DNA of 64,000 nucleotides. Origin: Bacillota bacterium. GTDB taxonomy: Bacteria; Bacillota; DTU030. Positions 27,550 through 37,400 of the stretch are shown in pieces (position 1 is the stretch's first letter; every line of letters begins with the position of its first letter). The notes beneath the pieces are model-generated. The model was given only the letters and a program-made list of their open reading frames with translations. It was not told the origin of the DNA and did not search any database. The stretch is taken from positions 8,995 to 72,994 of the forward strand of contig JAAYTH010000014.1 of NCBI GenBank assembly GCA_012523785.1. The letters are read 5' to 3'. A program made the translations under genes and the position numbers.

Positions 27550-28612
27550 TCACTCCCTCCGATCTAACCGCAAGTTAGATCACATTCGTCACGCCCTGGA
27601 TCTGCCCCCTGGTCCCGGGACCACGGGGTTTGAGGATATCCATCTTCTGCATCGCTGCCTACCCGAATTAGCCTGGGAAGAGGTTGAATTATCAACCTCT
27701 TTTCTCGGCCTTTCCTTGTCTGCACCCTTAATCATAAATGCCCTGACCGGTGGAGCCCGGGATGTAACGGATATTAATGCTTCCCTGGCCCGGGTTGCTG
27801 CAGAGATGGGAATTGGCCTAGCTGTAGGCTCCCAAAGGGCAGCCCTGGAGGATCCCGGCCTGGAAGATACTTACCGGGTGGTCCGTCGGGAGAACCCCCA
27901 AGGCGTAATTTTGGCCAATGTCGGTGCCCATACTGCTCCCGCTGATGCCTGCCGGGCGGTAGAAATGATTGATGCTGATCTGTTGCAAGTACACTTAAAC
28001 CCGGCCCAGGAATTGGTGATGCCGGAAGGGGAGCGAGATTTTCGGGGATTGCTCGCTAATATTGGGGATATAATTGCTACTGTTAAAGTGCCGGTAATTG
28101 TAAAGGAAGTCGGGTTCGGCATGGCCCCCCAAGATAGCCTGGCCTTGGTCCAAGCCGGTTGCAAAGGTATTGACATTGGCGGTAAAGGGGGCACAAACTT
28201 TATTGCCATCGAGGAGGCCCGCCGCAGGGATACCTGTGGGCAAGGCTTGCTTGAATGGGGAATTCCCACTGGAATAAGCCTGCTGGAAACAATAAATATA
28301 CTCCAGGGGCAAAATGTTGTTGTTATTGCCTCCGGGGGTATAAAAACCAGTACAGATATAGCCAAATGCCTGGCATTGGGGGCCGGGGCAGTTGGTATTG
28401 CCGGTCGGTTTTTACATATTCTTATAAAAAAAGGGGAGGAGGAGCTCAAAGGGGCCATCAAGGTTCTTAAACAGGAGTTGAAAATGCTCCTCATCTTGAC
28501 TGGGACGGCGACACCGGCGGCCATGAAAAATATCCCGCTAGTAATAACGGGCCGAACCGCCGCTTGGCTTCGGGCCCGGGGAATTTCAGTAGAAACCTTT
28601 GCCTCCCGCTAG
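27536..28612 (+). CDS. fni: isopentenyl-diphosphate delta-isomerase, type 2 (FMN-dependent)
   Basis: Strong similarity to B. subtilis Fni (LDHIRHAL...INALTGG); ATG overlaps the ispH-rpsA stop. Confidence 0.8.
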   Translation: MMKSNHSLRSNRKLDHIRHALDLPPGPGTTGFEDIHLLHRCLPELAWEEVELSTSFLGLSLSAPLIINALTGGARDVTDINASLARVAAEMGIGLAVGSQRAALEDPGLEDTYRVVRRENPQGVILANVGAHTAPADACRAVEMIDADLLQVHLNPAQELVMPEGERDFRGLLANIGDIIATVKVPVIVKEVGFGMAPQDSLALVQAGCKGIDIGGKGGTNFIAIEEARRRDTCGQGLLEWGIPTGISLLETINILQGQNVVVIASGGIKTSTDIAKCLALGAGAVGIAGRFLHILIKKGEEELKGAIKVLKQELKMLLILTGTATPAAMKNIPLVITGRTAAWLRARGISVETFASR

Positions 28613-28754
28613 GGAGGTTTTTGTATGAAAGTTGGAGGGGGAGAACCCCAAACAAATAACGGCGGCACTGCGTTTCACATCCCGTTGGCCTTGACCCTAG
28701 CAGCAAGATATAGGATAATTAGAGGAGAAAAATAAGGGGAGAAGGGTAGTTAAT

Positions 28755-30098
28755 ATGGGGATGGACAGGGTCCAGAAGGGTATTGACATAACTGGGGTGG
28801 CCCCGGACAGTATTGCAGCTGAATTAGATATTGCTCCGGGTGATTGTTTACTTGCCATCGATGGCCAATATCCCCAAGATTTAATTGACTATCGTTACCT
28901 AATTGCTGGGGAAAATGTCAGTATTTATATTCGTAGCGGCGCGGGCAAGGAATATTTATATGAAATCGAAAAGGAATATGATGAGGGCCTGGGCCTAGAA
29001 TTTGCCTCTAAGTGTTTTACTCCAATAAAAAGATGCCAGAATAAATGTATTTTTTGCTTTGTGGACCAAATGCCTCCCGATATGCGCCCCAGTCTTTATA
29101 TTAAGGATGATGATTATCGTCTTTCCTTCCTGGATGGCAGCTTTATAACACTGACGAATCTGGATACCGCCGACATGGGGCGGGTGGCAAAGCTGCGACT
29201 AAGCCCCCTTTATATTTCAGTACATACCACTGATTCCCGGCTACGAAGCCGTATCATGGGGCATAAGGAGGCTGGAGCAATTAAAGAGCGCCTGGAAGAA
29301 TTGGCTGCAGCAGGAATTGATTTTCATGCCCAGGTAGTATTATTGCCCGGCATCAATGATGGTTTTTATTTGGAAGAGACCATCGGTGATTTGATAGAAT
29401 ATTGGCCCCGGGCCCGCTCCCTGGCCCTGGTGCCGGTGGGTTTAACCAGCCACCGGCAGGGACTTTATCCCCTAAAGGGATATGATAAGAAAGAGGCCCG
29501 AAAGATAATCCGCTGGGGACAGGGTTGGCAAAAAAAGCTGCGGAAACGCTTTGGCATTACCTTTTTATATTTGGCCGATGAGTTTTACCTTAGGGCCGGT
29601 GAACCGATACCAGATCGGGCACACTACGATGATTTTCCCCAGCTGGAAAATGGCATCGGGTTATTGCGCCTATTTTACGATGATGTGGCTGAACTGTCTT
29701 TACCCCAGACCCTGGGCCGACCGTATTCAATTACCCTAGTTACCGGGATTTCTGCCGCCGGTGCTGTGGGTAAATTAGCCCAACGGTTGCAACTGGTCGG
29801 AGGGCTTGGGGTGCAGCTAGAAACGGTGATAAATCGGTTTTTTGGCCCCCCCGTGACCGTTGCCGGCCTCATCACCGGTGGGGATCTGCTTGAGCAGCTG
29901 CAAGGCAAAAACCTTGGTGATACACTTTTTCTTCCTGCTGCTATGCTGCGGGCTGGCAGCGATGTTTTTTTAGATAATCTTAGCCTAAAAGATGTCAGCA
30001 GCCGGCTGGGGGTAGATATTGAGGTTGTAGCCGGACCTGCCGAGGTGGCCCGGTGGGTGTGGGGTAAAGGCGGTGAAGGTAAATGGAAAAACCGGTAG
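28755..30098 (+). CDS. DUF512-family protein: N-terminal PDZ-like domain + radical-SAM-like CxxxCxxC
   Basis: CQNKCIFCF motif, and this family's conserved position upstream of der. Confidence 0.6.
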   Translation: MGMDRVQKGIDITGVAPDSIAAELDIAPGDCLLAIDGQYPQDLIDYRYLIAGENVSIYIRSGAGKEYLYEIEKEYDEGLGLEFASKCFTPIKRCQNKCIFCFVDQMPPDMRPSLYIKDDDYRLSFLDGSFITLTNLDTADMGRVAKLRLSPLYISVHTTDSRLRSRIMGHKEAGAIKERLEELAAAGIDFHAQVVLLPGINDGFYLEETIGDLIEYWPRARSLALVPVGLTSHRQGLYPLKGYDKKEARKIIRWGQGWQKKLRKRFGITFLYLADEFYLRAGEPIPDRAHYDDFPQLENGIGLLRLFYDDVAELSLPQTLGRPYSITLVTGISAAGAVGKLAQRLQLVGGLGVQLETVINRFFGPPVTVAGLITGGDLLEQLQGKNLGDTLFLPAAMLRAGSDVFLDNLSLKDVSSRLGVDIEVVAGPAEVARWVWGKGGEGKWKNR

Positions 30099-31402
30099 TG
30101 GCTATTGTGGGACGTCCTAATGTGGGTAAATCCAACCTTTTCAATCGTTTATTGCAGAAAAGAATTGCCATTGTAGAGGATGTACCCGGTGTAACCCGGG
30201 ATAGGCTTTATGGCCAAGCCAACTGGTGTGGCCGGGAGTTTATTCTCATCGACACCGGTGGCATTGTCAAAAGCGATCCAGATGCAATTCAATCCCAGGT
30301 GCTCCTACAGGCTAAGATAGCCATAGAAGAGGCCGAGGTAATTCTATTTGTTGTGGATGGACGGGAGGGCCTCCAACCCGGTGATGAGGATATTGCCCAG
30401 TTACTGCGCCATACCCAAAAACCAGTCCTGGTGGCTGTAAATAAAATTGACAATCTGGAAATGGAATCCCATGTGTGGGAATTTTATACCCTGGGATTAT
30501 TCCCCATAATACCTGTTTCGGCTATACATGGCCATAATACTGGTGATCTTCTAGATGATTTAGTCTCCCTTTTGCCACCATTGGGGGATGGGAAGGTGGA
30601 CGGGGAGGAGGGTTTTGTCGGGGTTGCTGTAGTGGGAAAACCCAATGTGGGAAAGTCATCCCTGGTCAACTTTCTCCTGGGCCAGGAAAGGGTAATTGTC
30701 AGCCCTGACCCGGGGACGACACGGGATGCTATAGACACTTATCTAAAACGGGGGGAAACTGGTTATCTTCTTATTGATACGGCGGGTTTACGCCGCCCGG
30801 CCCGGGTTGCACTCCCGACGGAAAGGTATAGTGTTTTCCGGGCCCTGCGGGCCGTTGAACGCAGCGATATTACCCTCTTACTAATAGATGCCACCTCTGG
30901 GATAACTGAACAGGATAAACGAATAGGTGGCTATATTCATGAGGCTGGCCGGGGGTTGATACTCGTCATTAATAAGTGGGATCTCATGGCCCAGGATCAC
31001 CATACCCGGTTGGAATATGAAAAAGAAGTGCGCCATCAACTCTCCTTTCTTTCTTATGCTCCCCTTGTTTTCATCTCTGCCCACACAGGGCGAGGGGTGC
31101 AGGGGCTTTTTACCCTTATAAACTCTGTGGCCCGGAACCAACGCTTAACCATACCCACTCGTGATCTAAATCGCCTCATTATAGAAGCTGTAGATTTGCG
31201 ACCACCGTCAACCCATAAAGGTAGGCAGGCTAAGATCTTTTATGCCACCCAGACCTCCACTAACCCTCCGGTTTTTCTTCTCTTTGTCAATGATCCTAAA
31301 CTTATTCATTTTTCTTATCTTCGTTATCTAGAAAACAGACTACGGGCAGGTTACGATTTTTCCGGTACGCCCCTGCGTTTACGCCTAAAAAAAAGCACTT
31401 GA
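30083..31402 (+). CDS. der: ribosome biogenesis GTPase Der (EngA), tandem GTPase domains
   Basis: Two G domains (GRPNVGKS, GKPNVGKS) plus a KH-like C-terminus. Confidence 0.9.
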   Translation: MEKPVVAIVGRPNVGKSNLFNRLLQKRIAIVEDVPGVTRDRLYGQANWCGREFILIDTGGIVKSDPDAIQSQVLLQAKIAIEEAEVILFVVDGREGLQPGDEDIAQLLRHTQKPVLVAVNKIDNLEMESHVWEFYTLGLFPIIPVSAIHGHNTGDLLDDLVSLLPPLGDGKVDGEEGFVGVAVVGKPNVGKSSLVNFLLGQERVIVSPDPGTTRDAIDTYLKRGETGYLLIDTAGLRRPARVALPTERYSVFRALRAVERSDITLLLIDATSGITEQDKRIGGYIHEAGRGLILVINKWDLMAQDHHTRLEYEKEVRHQLSFLSYAPLVFISAHTGRGVQGLFTLINSVARNQRLTIPTRDLNRLIIEAVDLRPPSTHKGRQAKIFYATQTSTNPPVFLLFVNDPKLIHFSYLRYLENRLRAGYDFSGTPLRLRLKKST

Positions 31403-31434
31403 CTAAAAAGCGTTCACCAAAGAAATATCGACCC

Positions 31435-31458
31435 AAGCGGCCTAGGGCCGCTTTTTTT
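31435..31458 (+). terminator. rho-independent terminator after der
   Basis: GCGGCC/GGCCGC stem followed by a 7-T run. Confidence 0.75.
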
Positions 31459-31709
31459 AGTGGGGAAGGTATCCTTGAAGTCGGCTATGCTTTTATTGTC
31501 ATATTTTAGCCTTTGTTTAATATACATATAGTGGTTTTAAGTACACTCTGCCTTTTGGACTAACCCTATCTCCCTATGGATGAGCAAGGGGTGGTGAAAA
31601 CCGCTATTGGGGGATGGGAAAATAAGTTGTTCAGTTTTCTTTACCATATTGTTCTAAAACCGGGCAGGGGGAGTAGTAATATGATAATAGGGAGAGGAGG
31701 GAAGATAAT

Positions 31710-33188
31710 ATGGAGAAGATTGATCTTTTCCAAGATATTGCGGAGAGAACTGGGGGAGACATCTTCATCGGTGTAGTAGGACCGGCCCGGACGGGGAAGT
31801 CAACCTTCATCAGGCGTTTTATGGAATTATTGCTATTACCTGGCCTAGAAAGCGAATCGGAAAGGGAACATTTTATGGCTGAATTGCCCCAAAGCGGGGC
31901 GGGCAGGGCAATTATGACCACAGAATTCAAATTTGTTCCCCATGAGGCTGTTGAAGTGACTGCCAAGGATGATGAAGTCCTCCGGGTACAGATGGTGGAC
32001 TGTCTTGGCTATTATGTGGATGGAGCCCAGGGCCATGAGGTAAGGGGGGCCCCCCTATTGGTCCAAACACCTTGGCATGAAGAGGGAATCCCCTTTCAAG
32101 ATGCCGCCGAAGTAGGGCTGCAAAAGGTTATTACGGAACATACCACCATGGGCCTGGCCGTTACTAGCGATGGTACTATAAGTGAAATAGCCCGGGAAAA
32201 CTTCGAGGAAGCTGAACTTAAGATTGTTGCCAAGCTGCAGGAAATTGGCAAACCGTATGTGGTGATATTAAACTCGGCTTTACCCGATGCACCGGAGACC
32301 AGAGCCTTGGCAGACGAGCTGCAAGAACGTTACCAGGTTCCCGTCCTCCCCATGGATGCCAATCGTCTGACCAGGGATGATGTCCATACAGTTTTGCGGG
32401 AAATATTATATGAATTCCCCGTCGGTGAGGTTAATATTGATCTTCCCAGTTGGCTAGAAGGGCTGGAAAGGGATCACTGGCTCCGGCAGAATTTCACCAG
32501 GGCCATCCAGGAGACGATGTCTAAAATTAAGCAGATGAGGGATGCAACCGAGGCAATTGATGTACTTGTGGGTTATGAGTTTGTCCGTAATGCAATTTTG
32601 GCAGCCTTGGATCTGGCCCAGGGTGTGGTTCAGATAAGGGTTATTCCCCAAGAAAACCTCTTGTATCAAGTTATGCAAGAGATTACTGGCACAACACTGA
32701 CTGACGACGCAGACCTCTTGAGGGTACTGCGGGAATACACCTTTGCCAAACAAGAGTACGATAAGGTGGCCGATGCCCTGCAGGATGTGGAACGGACCGG
32801 ATATGGCATAGTGCAGCCCCAATTGGATGAAATGATTTTGGAAGAACCGGAACTGGTAAGACGTGGCAATAGGTTTGGGGTTCGCCTGCGGGCCAGTGCT
32901 CCAAGCTTACACCTGATTAGGGCTGATATAAATGCTGAGGTTTCCCCCATTGTAGGTACTGAAAAACAATGTGAGGAATTGGTGCAATACCTGGCGGAGG
33001 AATTTGAAGATAACCCGGCTAAATTATGGCAGACAAATCTCTTCGGCAAGTCCCTCCATGAGCTGGTAAAGGATGGAATTAGAAATAAATTATACCGCAT
33101 GCCGGAAAACGCCCAAGAAAAACTGCAGGAGACCCTGCAAAGGATTGTAAACGAAGGAGGCGGTGGACTCATCTGTATTATTCTCTAG
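31710..33188 (+). CDS. spoIVA: stage IV sporulation protein A (spore coat basement layer ATPase)
   Basis: 492 aa with Walker A GPARTGKST and strong SpoIVA similarity. Confidence 0.9.
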   Translation: MEKIDLFQDIAERTGGDIFIGVVGPARTGKSTFIRRFMELLLLPGLESESEREHFMAELPQSGAGRAIMTTEFKFVPHEAVEVTAKDDEVLRVQMVDCLGYYVDGAQGHEVRGAPLLVQTPWHEEGIPFQDAAEVGLQKVITEHTTMGLAVTSDGTISEIARENFEEAELKIVAKLQEIGKPYVVILNSALPDAPETRALADELQERYQVPVLPMDANRLTRDDVHTVLREILYEFPVGEVNIDLPSWLEGLERDHWLRQNFTRAIQETMSKIKQMRDATEAIDVLVGYEFVRNAILAALDLAQGVVQIRVIPQENLLYQVMQEITGTTLTDDADLLRVLREYTFAKQEYDKVADALQDVERTGYGIVQPQLDEMILEEPELVRRGNRFGVRLRASAPSLHLIRADINAEVSPIVGTEKQCEELVQYLAEEFEDNPAKLWQTNLFGKSLHELVKDGIRNKLYRMPENAQEKLQETLQRIVNEGGGGLICIIL

Positions 33189-33283
33189 TGATGGTATAAT
33201 CCGATAAGAACTCTGCCTTTAGGGAAGGTCTTGGATGGGTGTCTGTGGTTTTGTCCAGACCCCAGGGCCTATAATAGGGGAAA

Positions 33284-33313
33284 AGCGCGCTGACCACTTT
33301 AGGCGCGCTTTTT
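33284..33313 (+). terminator. rho-independent terminator after spoIVA
   Basis: GCGCGC/GCGCGC 6-7 bp stem followed by a T run. Confidence 0.65.
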
Positions 33314-33314
33314 A

Positions 33315-33343
33315 TTGTCAACTTTTCATACATATGGTATAAT
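33315..33343 (+). promoter_or_regulatory. sigma-A promoter for the ACT-thrC-thrB operon
   Basis: TTGTCA-17 nt-TATAAT with a TGn extended -10. Confidence 0.7.
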
Positions 33344-33394
33344 GTCTACCGTAAACAGAACTATGTATATGGGGAATAGACGGGAGGGGGAAGA

Positions 33395-33844
33395 ATGAAT
33401 GTACAGGATAATTCTCTCTTTTTAGTGAAGGAGGAAGCCTTGCCCAGCACACTGCGAAAAACTCTTTTGGTGAAGGAATACCTAAAAAAAGGGATCTGTA
33501 AAACAGTAAATGAGGCTGTTGAAAAGGCGGGTGTCAGCCGGGCGGCTTACTATAAGTACCGGGATTATATTTTCCCCTTTACCGAATTAAGCCGGGAAAA
33601 AATCGTAACCCTAGCCCTTCTACTTGATCACCAGCCTGGGGTTTTGTCCCAAATACTTGCTGCAATTGCCAGGGCCCGCGGCAACCTCCTGACCATCAAT
33701 CAGGGATTGCCCCTCCAGGGTGTGGCCAATGTGTCCGTTTCTATTGAAACTAGGGAGATGGAAATTGAGATAGATGCCCTTTTAAGCCAGCTCCGCACCT
33801 GTGATGGGGTGCGCAAGATTGATGTTATCGGCCAAGGTTGGTAA
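33395..33844 (+). CDS. ACT-domain regulatory protein (UPF0735/PheB-like)
   Basis: C-terminal ACT fold, about 149 aa, overlapping the downstream thrC region. Confidence 0.6.
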   Translation: MNVQDNSLFLVKEEALPSTLRKTLLVKEYLKKGICKTVNEAVEKAGVSRAAYYKYRDYIFPFTELSREKIVTLALLLDHQPGVLSQILAAIARARGNLLTINQGLPLQGVANVSVSIETREMEIEIDALLSQLRTCDGVRKIDVIGQGW

Positions 33845-33912
33845 GTTGCGCAAAGGGCTTAAATTGTTTAGAAAACGGGATTCGGCTCTTTTCAGAAAAG
33901 GGGGAGGAACAA

Positions 33913-34962
33913 ATGTGGCCGGGACTAATCAGAAATTACAAGAAGTATTTACCCGTCGGTGAAATGACTCCCATTATCACCCTCCATGAAGGCAACACCC
34001 CTTTGGTTCCCCTTGCAAGGCTGGGGGCGGACCTGGGGGGTATTGAACTTTATGGTAAACTTGAGGGCAGCAACCCTACCGGCTCCTTTAAGGATAGGGG
34101 GATGACCATGGCGGTAAGCAAGGCTCTAGAGGAGGGTTCTAGGGCTGTTATCTGTGCTTCCACCGGTAACACATCGGCTTCTGCTGCTGCCTATGCCGCC
34201 CGGGCCGGTATGGGATGTATAGTAGTTATACCCACCGGGGCTATAGCCCTGGGCAAACTTGCCCAGGCCCTTATGTATGGGGCAAAGGTTATTGCTATTG
34301 AGGGAAATTTTGATCAGGCCCTGGATATTGTCCGCCAAGTAAGTGAAAAGCATCCCGTGGCTTTAGTGAATTCCATTAACCCCCTGCGCCTGCAGGGACA
34401 AAAGACGGCCGCCTTTGAGATTTGCGATGAATTGGGAGGTGCACCGACCCATTTGGCCCTTCCGGTGGGAAATGCCGGTAATATCAGCGCCTATTGGATG
34501 GGTTTTAAGGAATATCATCAACGGGGACAAATAGACAATAGGCCCCAAATGCTGGGTTTTGAGGCTGAAGGTGCGGCGGCCATTGTGCGGGGAAAACCAA
34601 TTGCGATGCCGGAGACTATTGCCACAGCCATTCGTATCGGAAATCCTGCCAGCTGGGAAAAGGCAGAAGCTGCTGCCCGAGAATCAGCGGGTCTAATAGA
34701 TTTTGTGACCGATGACGAAATCTTGTCGGCTTATAAGTCCTTGGCCCAACGGGAAGGTTTATTTGTGGAACCAGCCTCGGCTGCCGGACTAGCCGGGGTA
34801 AAGAAGTTGACCGCCAAGGGGTACTTTAAGAAGGGTGATAAGGTTGTTTGTATCCTCACCGGTAATGGACTTAAGGACCCCGACACTGCCCTGGGGAGCA
34901 TTGCACCCCCTGAAAGTGTAGAACCTACCTTGGCCGCCGTGGAAAAAATCATCTGGGGGTGA
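33913..34962 (+). CDS. thrC: threonine synthase
   Basis: PLP fold-II enzyme with ThrC similarity and a SFKDRG lysine motif. Confidence 0.9.
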   Translation: MWPGLIRNYKKYLPVGEMTPIITLHEGNTPLVPLARLGADLGGIELYGKLEGSNPTGSFKDRGMTMAVSKALEEGSRAVICASTGNTSASAAAYAARAGMGCIVVIPTGAIALGKLAQALMYGAKVIAIEGNFDQALDIVRQVSEKHPVALVNSINPLRLQGQKTAAFEICDELGGAPTHLALPVGNAGNISAYWMGFKEYHQRGQIDNRPQMLGFEAEGAAAIVRGKPIAMPETIATAIRIGNPASWEKAEAAARESAGLIDFVTDDEILSAYKSLAQREGLFVEPASAAGLAGVKKLTAKGYFKKGDKVVCILTGNGLKDPDTALGSIAPPESVEPTLAAVEKIIWG

Positions 34963-34970
34963 CATAGAAC

Positions 34971-35873
34971 ATGCTAAAGGTCCGAGTACCGGCGACTACT
35001 GCCAATATTGGCTCTGGCTTTGACTGCCTGGGTCTGGCGCTAAATCTGTATAACACTTTGAAGGTTGAAGTAAGCGAAAGGACTGCTATTCGGGTATTTG
35101 GTGAAGGAGAAAGGGAATTATCCCCTTCTACAGATAACTTGGTATACCAATCTATGCTGCGTACATACCAGGAACTAAACATTACACCACCTCCATTGCA
35201 ATTAAAAATGACCAATGAAATCCCCCTGGCCCGGGGTTTAGGCAGTTCCGCCGCGGCCATTGTGGCCGGTATAGTGGCGGCCAATCACCTCACCGGGCAA
35301 AACATTCCCCGGGAAAGATTGCTTGATCTGGCTATAGAGGTGGAGGGTCATCCCGATAATGTTACTCCCGCCCTCTTGGGTGGATTGGTAATCTCGGCAC
35401 CTAAAGGGGATAGAAGCGGTTACCACTGTCTTAAGCTGACTCCACCCCCGGAACTGGAGGCAGTAGTATGTATCCCGGATTTCCATGTGGCAACAGAAGA
35501 TGCCCGGCGGGCACTGCCAGGCCAAGTTCCTTATGCCGATGCAGTCTTTAACATCGGCCGAGTGTCCTTACTTTTGGGGGCCATGGTAAGCAAACGCTGG
35601 GATCTGCTGTCCACCGCCATGGAGGACAAGCTGCATCAACCTTACCGCAAGCACCTGGTCCCGGGCCTTGATCAGGTCTTTTCCCAAGCCATGGAGGCCG
35701 GGGCCCTGGGAGTTGCCTTGAGCGGTTCTGGCCCGACCATCGCGGCACTGGTCAACCAGAATGCCGCTGCCGTGGGGAAAGCAATGGAAGGGGCCTTTAA
35801 AAAGGCCAAGATAAAATCCCGCAGTATTGTTTTGGGGCTTAACGGCCGGGGGGCGGAAATTTTGGAGAAGTAG
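34971..35873 (+). CDS. thrB: homoserine kinase
   Basis: GHMP kinase motif (PLARGLGSSAA). Confidence 0.85.
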   Translation: MLKVRVPATTANIGSGFDCLGLALNLYNTLKVEVSERTAIRVFGEGERELSPSTDNLVYQSMLRTYQELNITPPPLQLKMTNEIPLARGLGSSAAAIVAGIVAANHLTGQNIPRERLLDLAIEVEGHPDNVTPALLGGLVISAPKGDRSGYHCLKLTPPPELEAVVCIPDFHVATEDARRALPGQVPYADAVFNIGRVSLLLGAMVSKRWDLLSTAMEDKLHQPYRKHLVPGLDQVFSQAMEAGALGVALSGSGPTIAALVNQNAAAVGKAMEGAFKKAKIKSRSIVLGLNGRGAEILEK

Positions 35874-36050
35874 GCAGCGGAGGGTACTTGGGGTGGAAAA
35901 GGGTGGCAACATACCTATTGTTTTTAAAACCCTGTGCTGCTAGTTAGTAACCCATTGCGGGTATGATTGTATAATAATTCCCCCGGGAAAACCCCAGTTG
36001 GTTGGTGGATTTGGGATAGGAGGTAATGGTTTAGATTACCCCGAAAGGAG

Positions 36051-37295
36051 ATGGGATTTGTGGACATTGCAATAGAAAAATGGGGGCTTCGGGCAATTGT
36101 GGATGCAGATGTAAGGCGGTCTTTTGCCGCAAAAAAACCACCGGCTTTCCTGGATGTAAAGACAGCTCGAAGAGCAAGGAAATTTCACCAATCCCTGCCG
36201 GGTTATAAGCCTACTCCCCTGAATAATCTATCTAACTTGGCCCGGGAACTGGGAGTAGGCAATATTTATGTGAAGGATGAATCGGCCCGGTTTGGCCTCA
36301 ATGCCTTTAAAGTGTTGGGAAGCTCTTATGCCCTGGGGAAGTTAATTGGCCAAAGGTTGGGGATGGAGGATGAGGAATTGACATTTGCCCATCTTTGTTC
36401 CCAGGGAATACGGAAAAAATTAGGCCGGGTGACCTTTGCCACGGCTACCGACGGTAACCATGGGCGCGGCGTGGCCTGGACGGCACAACAACTGGGCCAG
36501 CCGGCGGTAGTGTATCTGCCCAGGGGTGTAGCCCGATACCGGGTGGAGGCTATTGAGGAAACCGGGGCCAAGGCTGTTGTTACCGATGTAAATTACGACG
36601 ATACAGTCCGCCTAATTGTGAAGACAGCGGAGGAAAAGGGGTGGCAACTGGTACAGGATACAGCCTGGGAAGGATATGAAGAGATTCCCCGTTGGATTAT
36701 GCAAGGATATACTACTATGGCGGTGGAAATCGATGATCAGCTAGAAGATTTTGGTTTACCCCGGCCCACCCATGTGTTTTTACAGGCCGGAGTGGGCTCC
36801 TTTGCCAGTACGATTCTGGGCTATTTTGTCAACCGGGATGGGGAAGAATACCCCCGGACAATTATTATGGAGCCGGAGAAGGCAGCCTGTATTTTTGCCT
36901 CGGCCTTGGCGGGAAAAGAAGAGCCCCAAAGGGTAACCGGGGATCTGACTACTATCATGGCGGGGCTATCCTGTGGTGAACCCAGTCCCCTTGCCTGGAA
37001 CATTATACACTCCTTTGCCGATGGATATGTGGTCTGCCCCGATTATGTTGCCGCCCAGGGTACCCGCATTTTGGCCCATCCCCTGGGGGATGACCAACGG
37101 CTAGTGGCTGGTGAATCGGGTTCGGTGGGGATGGGGTTGCTTTCGCTTTTATTCTCTAAGAGGGAATGTGCCCAACTAAAAGAAAGGCTTGGGCTGGATG
37201 AGAGTTCCAGCGTTTTGCTTATTAACACTGAAGGAGATACGGATCCAGTCAATTACCGCCACATTCTTTGGGATGGCAAATATCCCCTTCCCTAG
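36051..37295 (+). CDS. dpaL: diaminopropionate ammonia-lyase (PLP-dependent)
   Basis: Extensive near-collinear similarity to E. coli YgeX/DpaL (VKDESARFGLNAFK..., TDGNHGRGVAW...QQLGQ, DDTVRL, VQDTAWEGY). Confidence 0.85.
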   Translation: MGFVDIAIEKWGLRAIVDADVRRSFAAKKPPAFLDVKTARRARKFHQSLPGYKPTPLNNLSNLARELGVGNIYVKDESARFGLNAFKVLGSSYALGKLIGQRLGMEDEELTFAHLCSQGIRKKLGRVTFATATDGNHGRGVAWTAQQLGQPAVVYLPRGVARYRVEAIEETGAKAVVTDVNYDDTVRLIVKTAEEKGWQLVQDTAWEGYEEIPRWIMQGYTTMAVEIDDQLEDFGLPRPTHVFLQAGVGSFASTILGYFVNRDGEEYPRTIIMEPEKAACIFASALAGKEEPQRVTGDLTTIMAGLSCGEPSPLAWNIIHSFADGYVVCPDYVAAQGTRILAHPLGDDQRLVAGESGSVGMGLLSLLFSKRECAQLKERLGLDESSSVLLINTEGDTDPVNYRHILWDGKYPLP

Positions 37296-37400
37296 TGCAC
37301 CAAATTAGGTGATGATTAATGAAACAAAGTGGTGGTAACCCCGGGGACTTTTTTTGAGAGGGAGGTGCGGCAACAGCGGGGGTTTACTGTTGCTGACAAG

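Noticed and set aside
27200-27553. 117-aa ORF on the minus strand (poly L/P/F/Q)
   Set aside because: It lies entirely within the tandem repeats encoding the acidic tail of IspH-S1. It is a low-complexity antisense artefact of the repeat, with no RBS.
31459-31709. sigma-E/sigma-K type promoter for spoIVA (TCATATT ... CATATAGT)
   Set aside because: The sequence motifs resemble the -35 and -10 of mother-cell sigma factors, but the spacing is about 19 nt against an expected ~14, so no confident call was made.
32666-33172. 168-aa ORF on the minus strand
   Set aside because: It is antisense within spoIVA, which is confidently identified. It is typical high-GC antisense noise.
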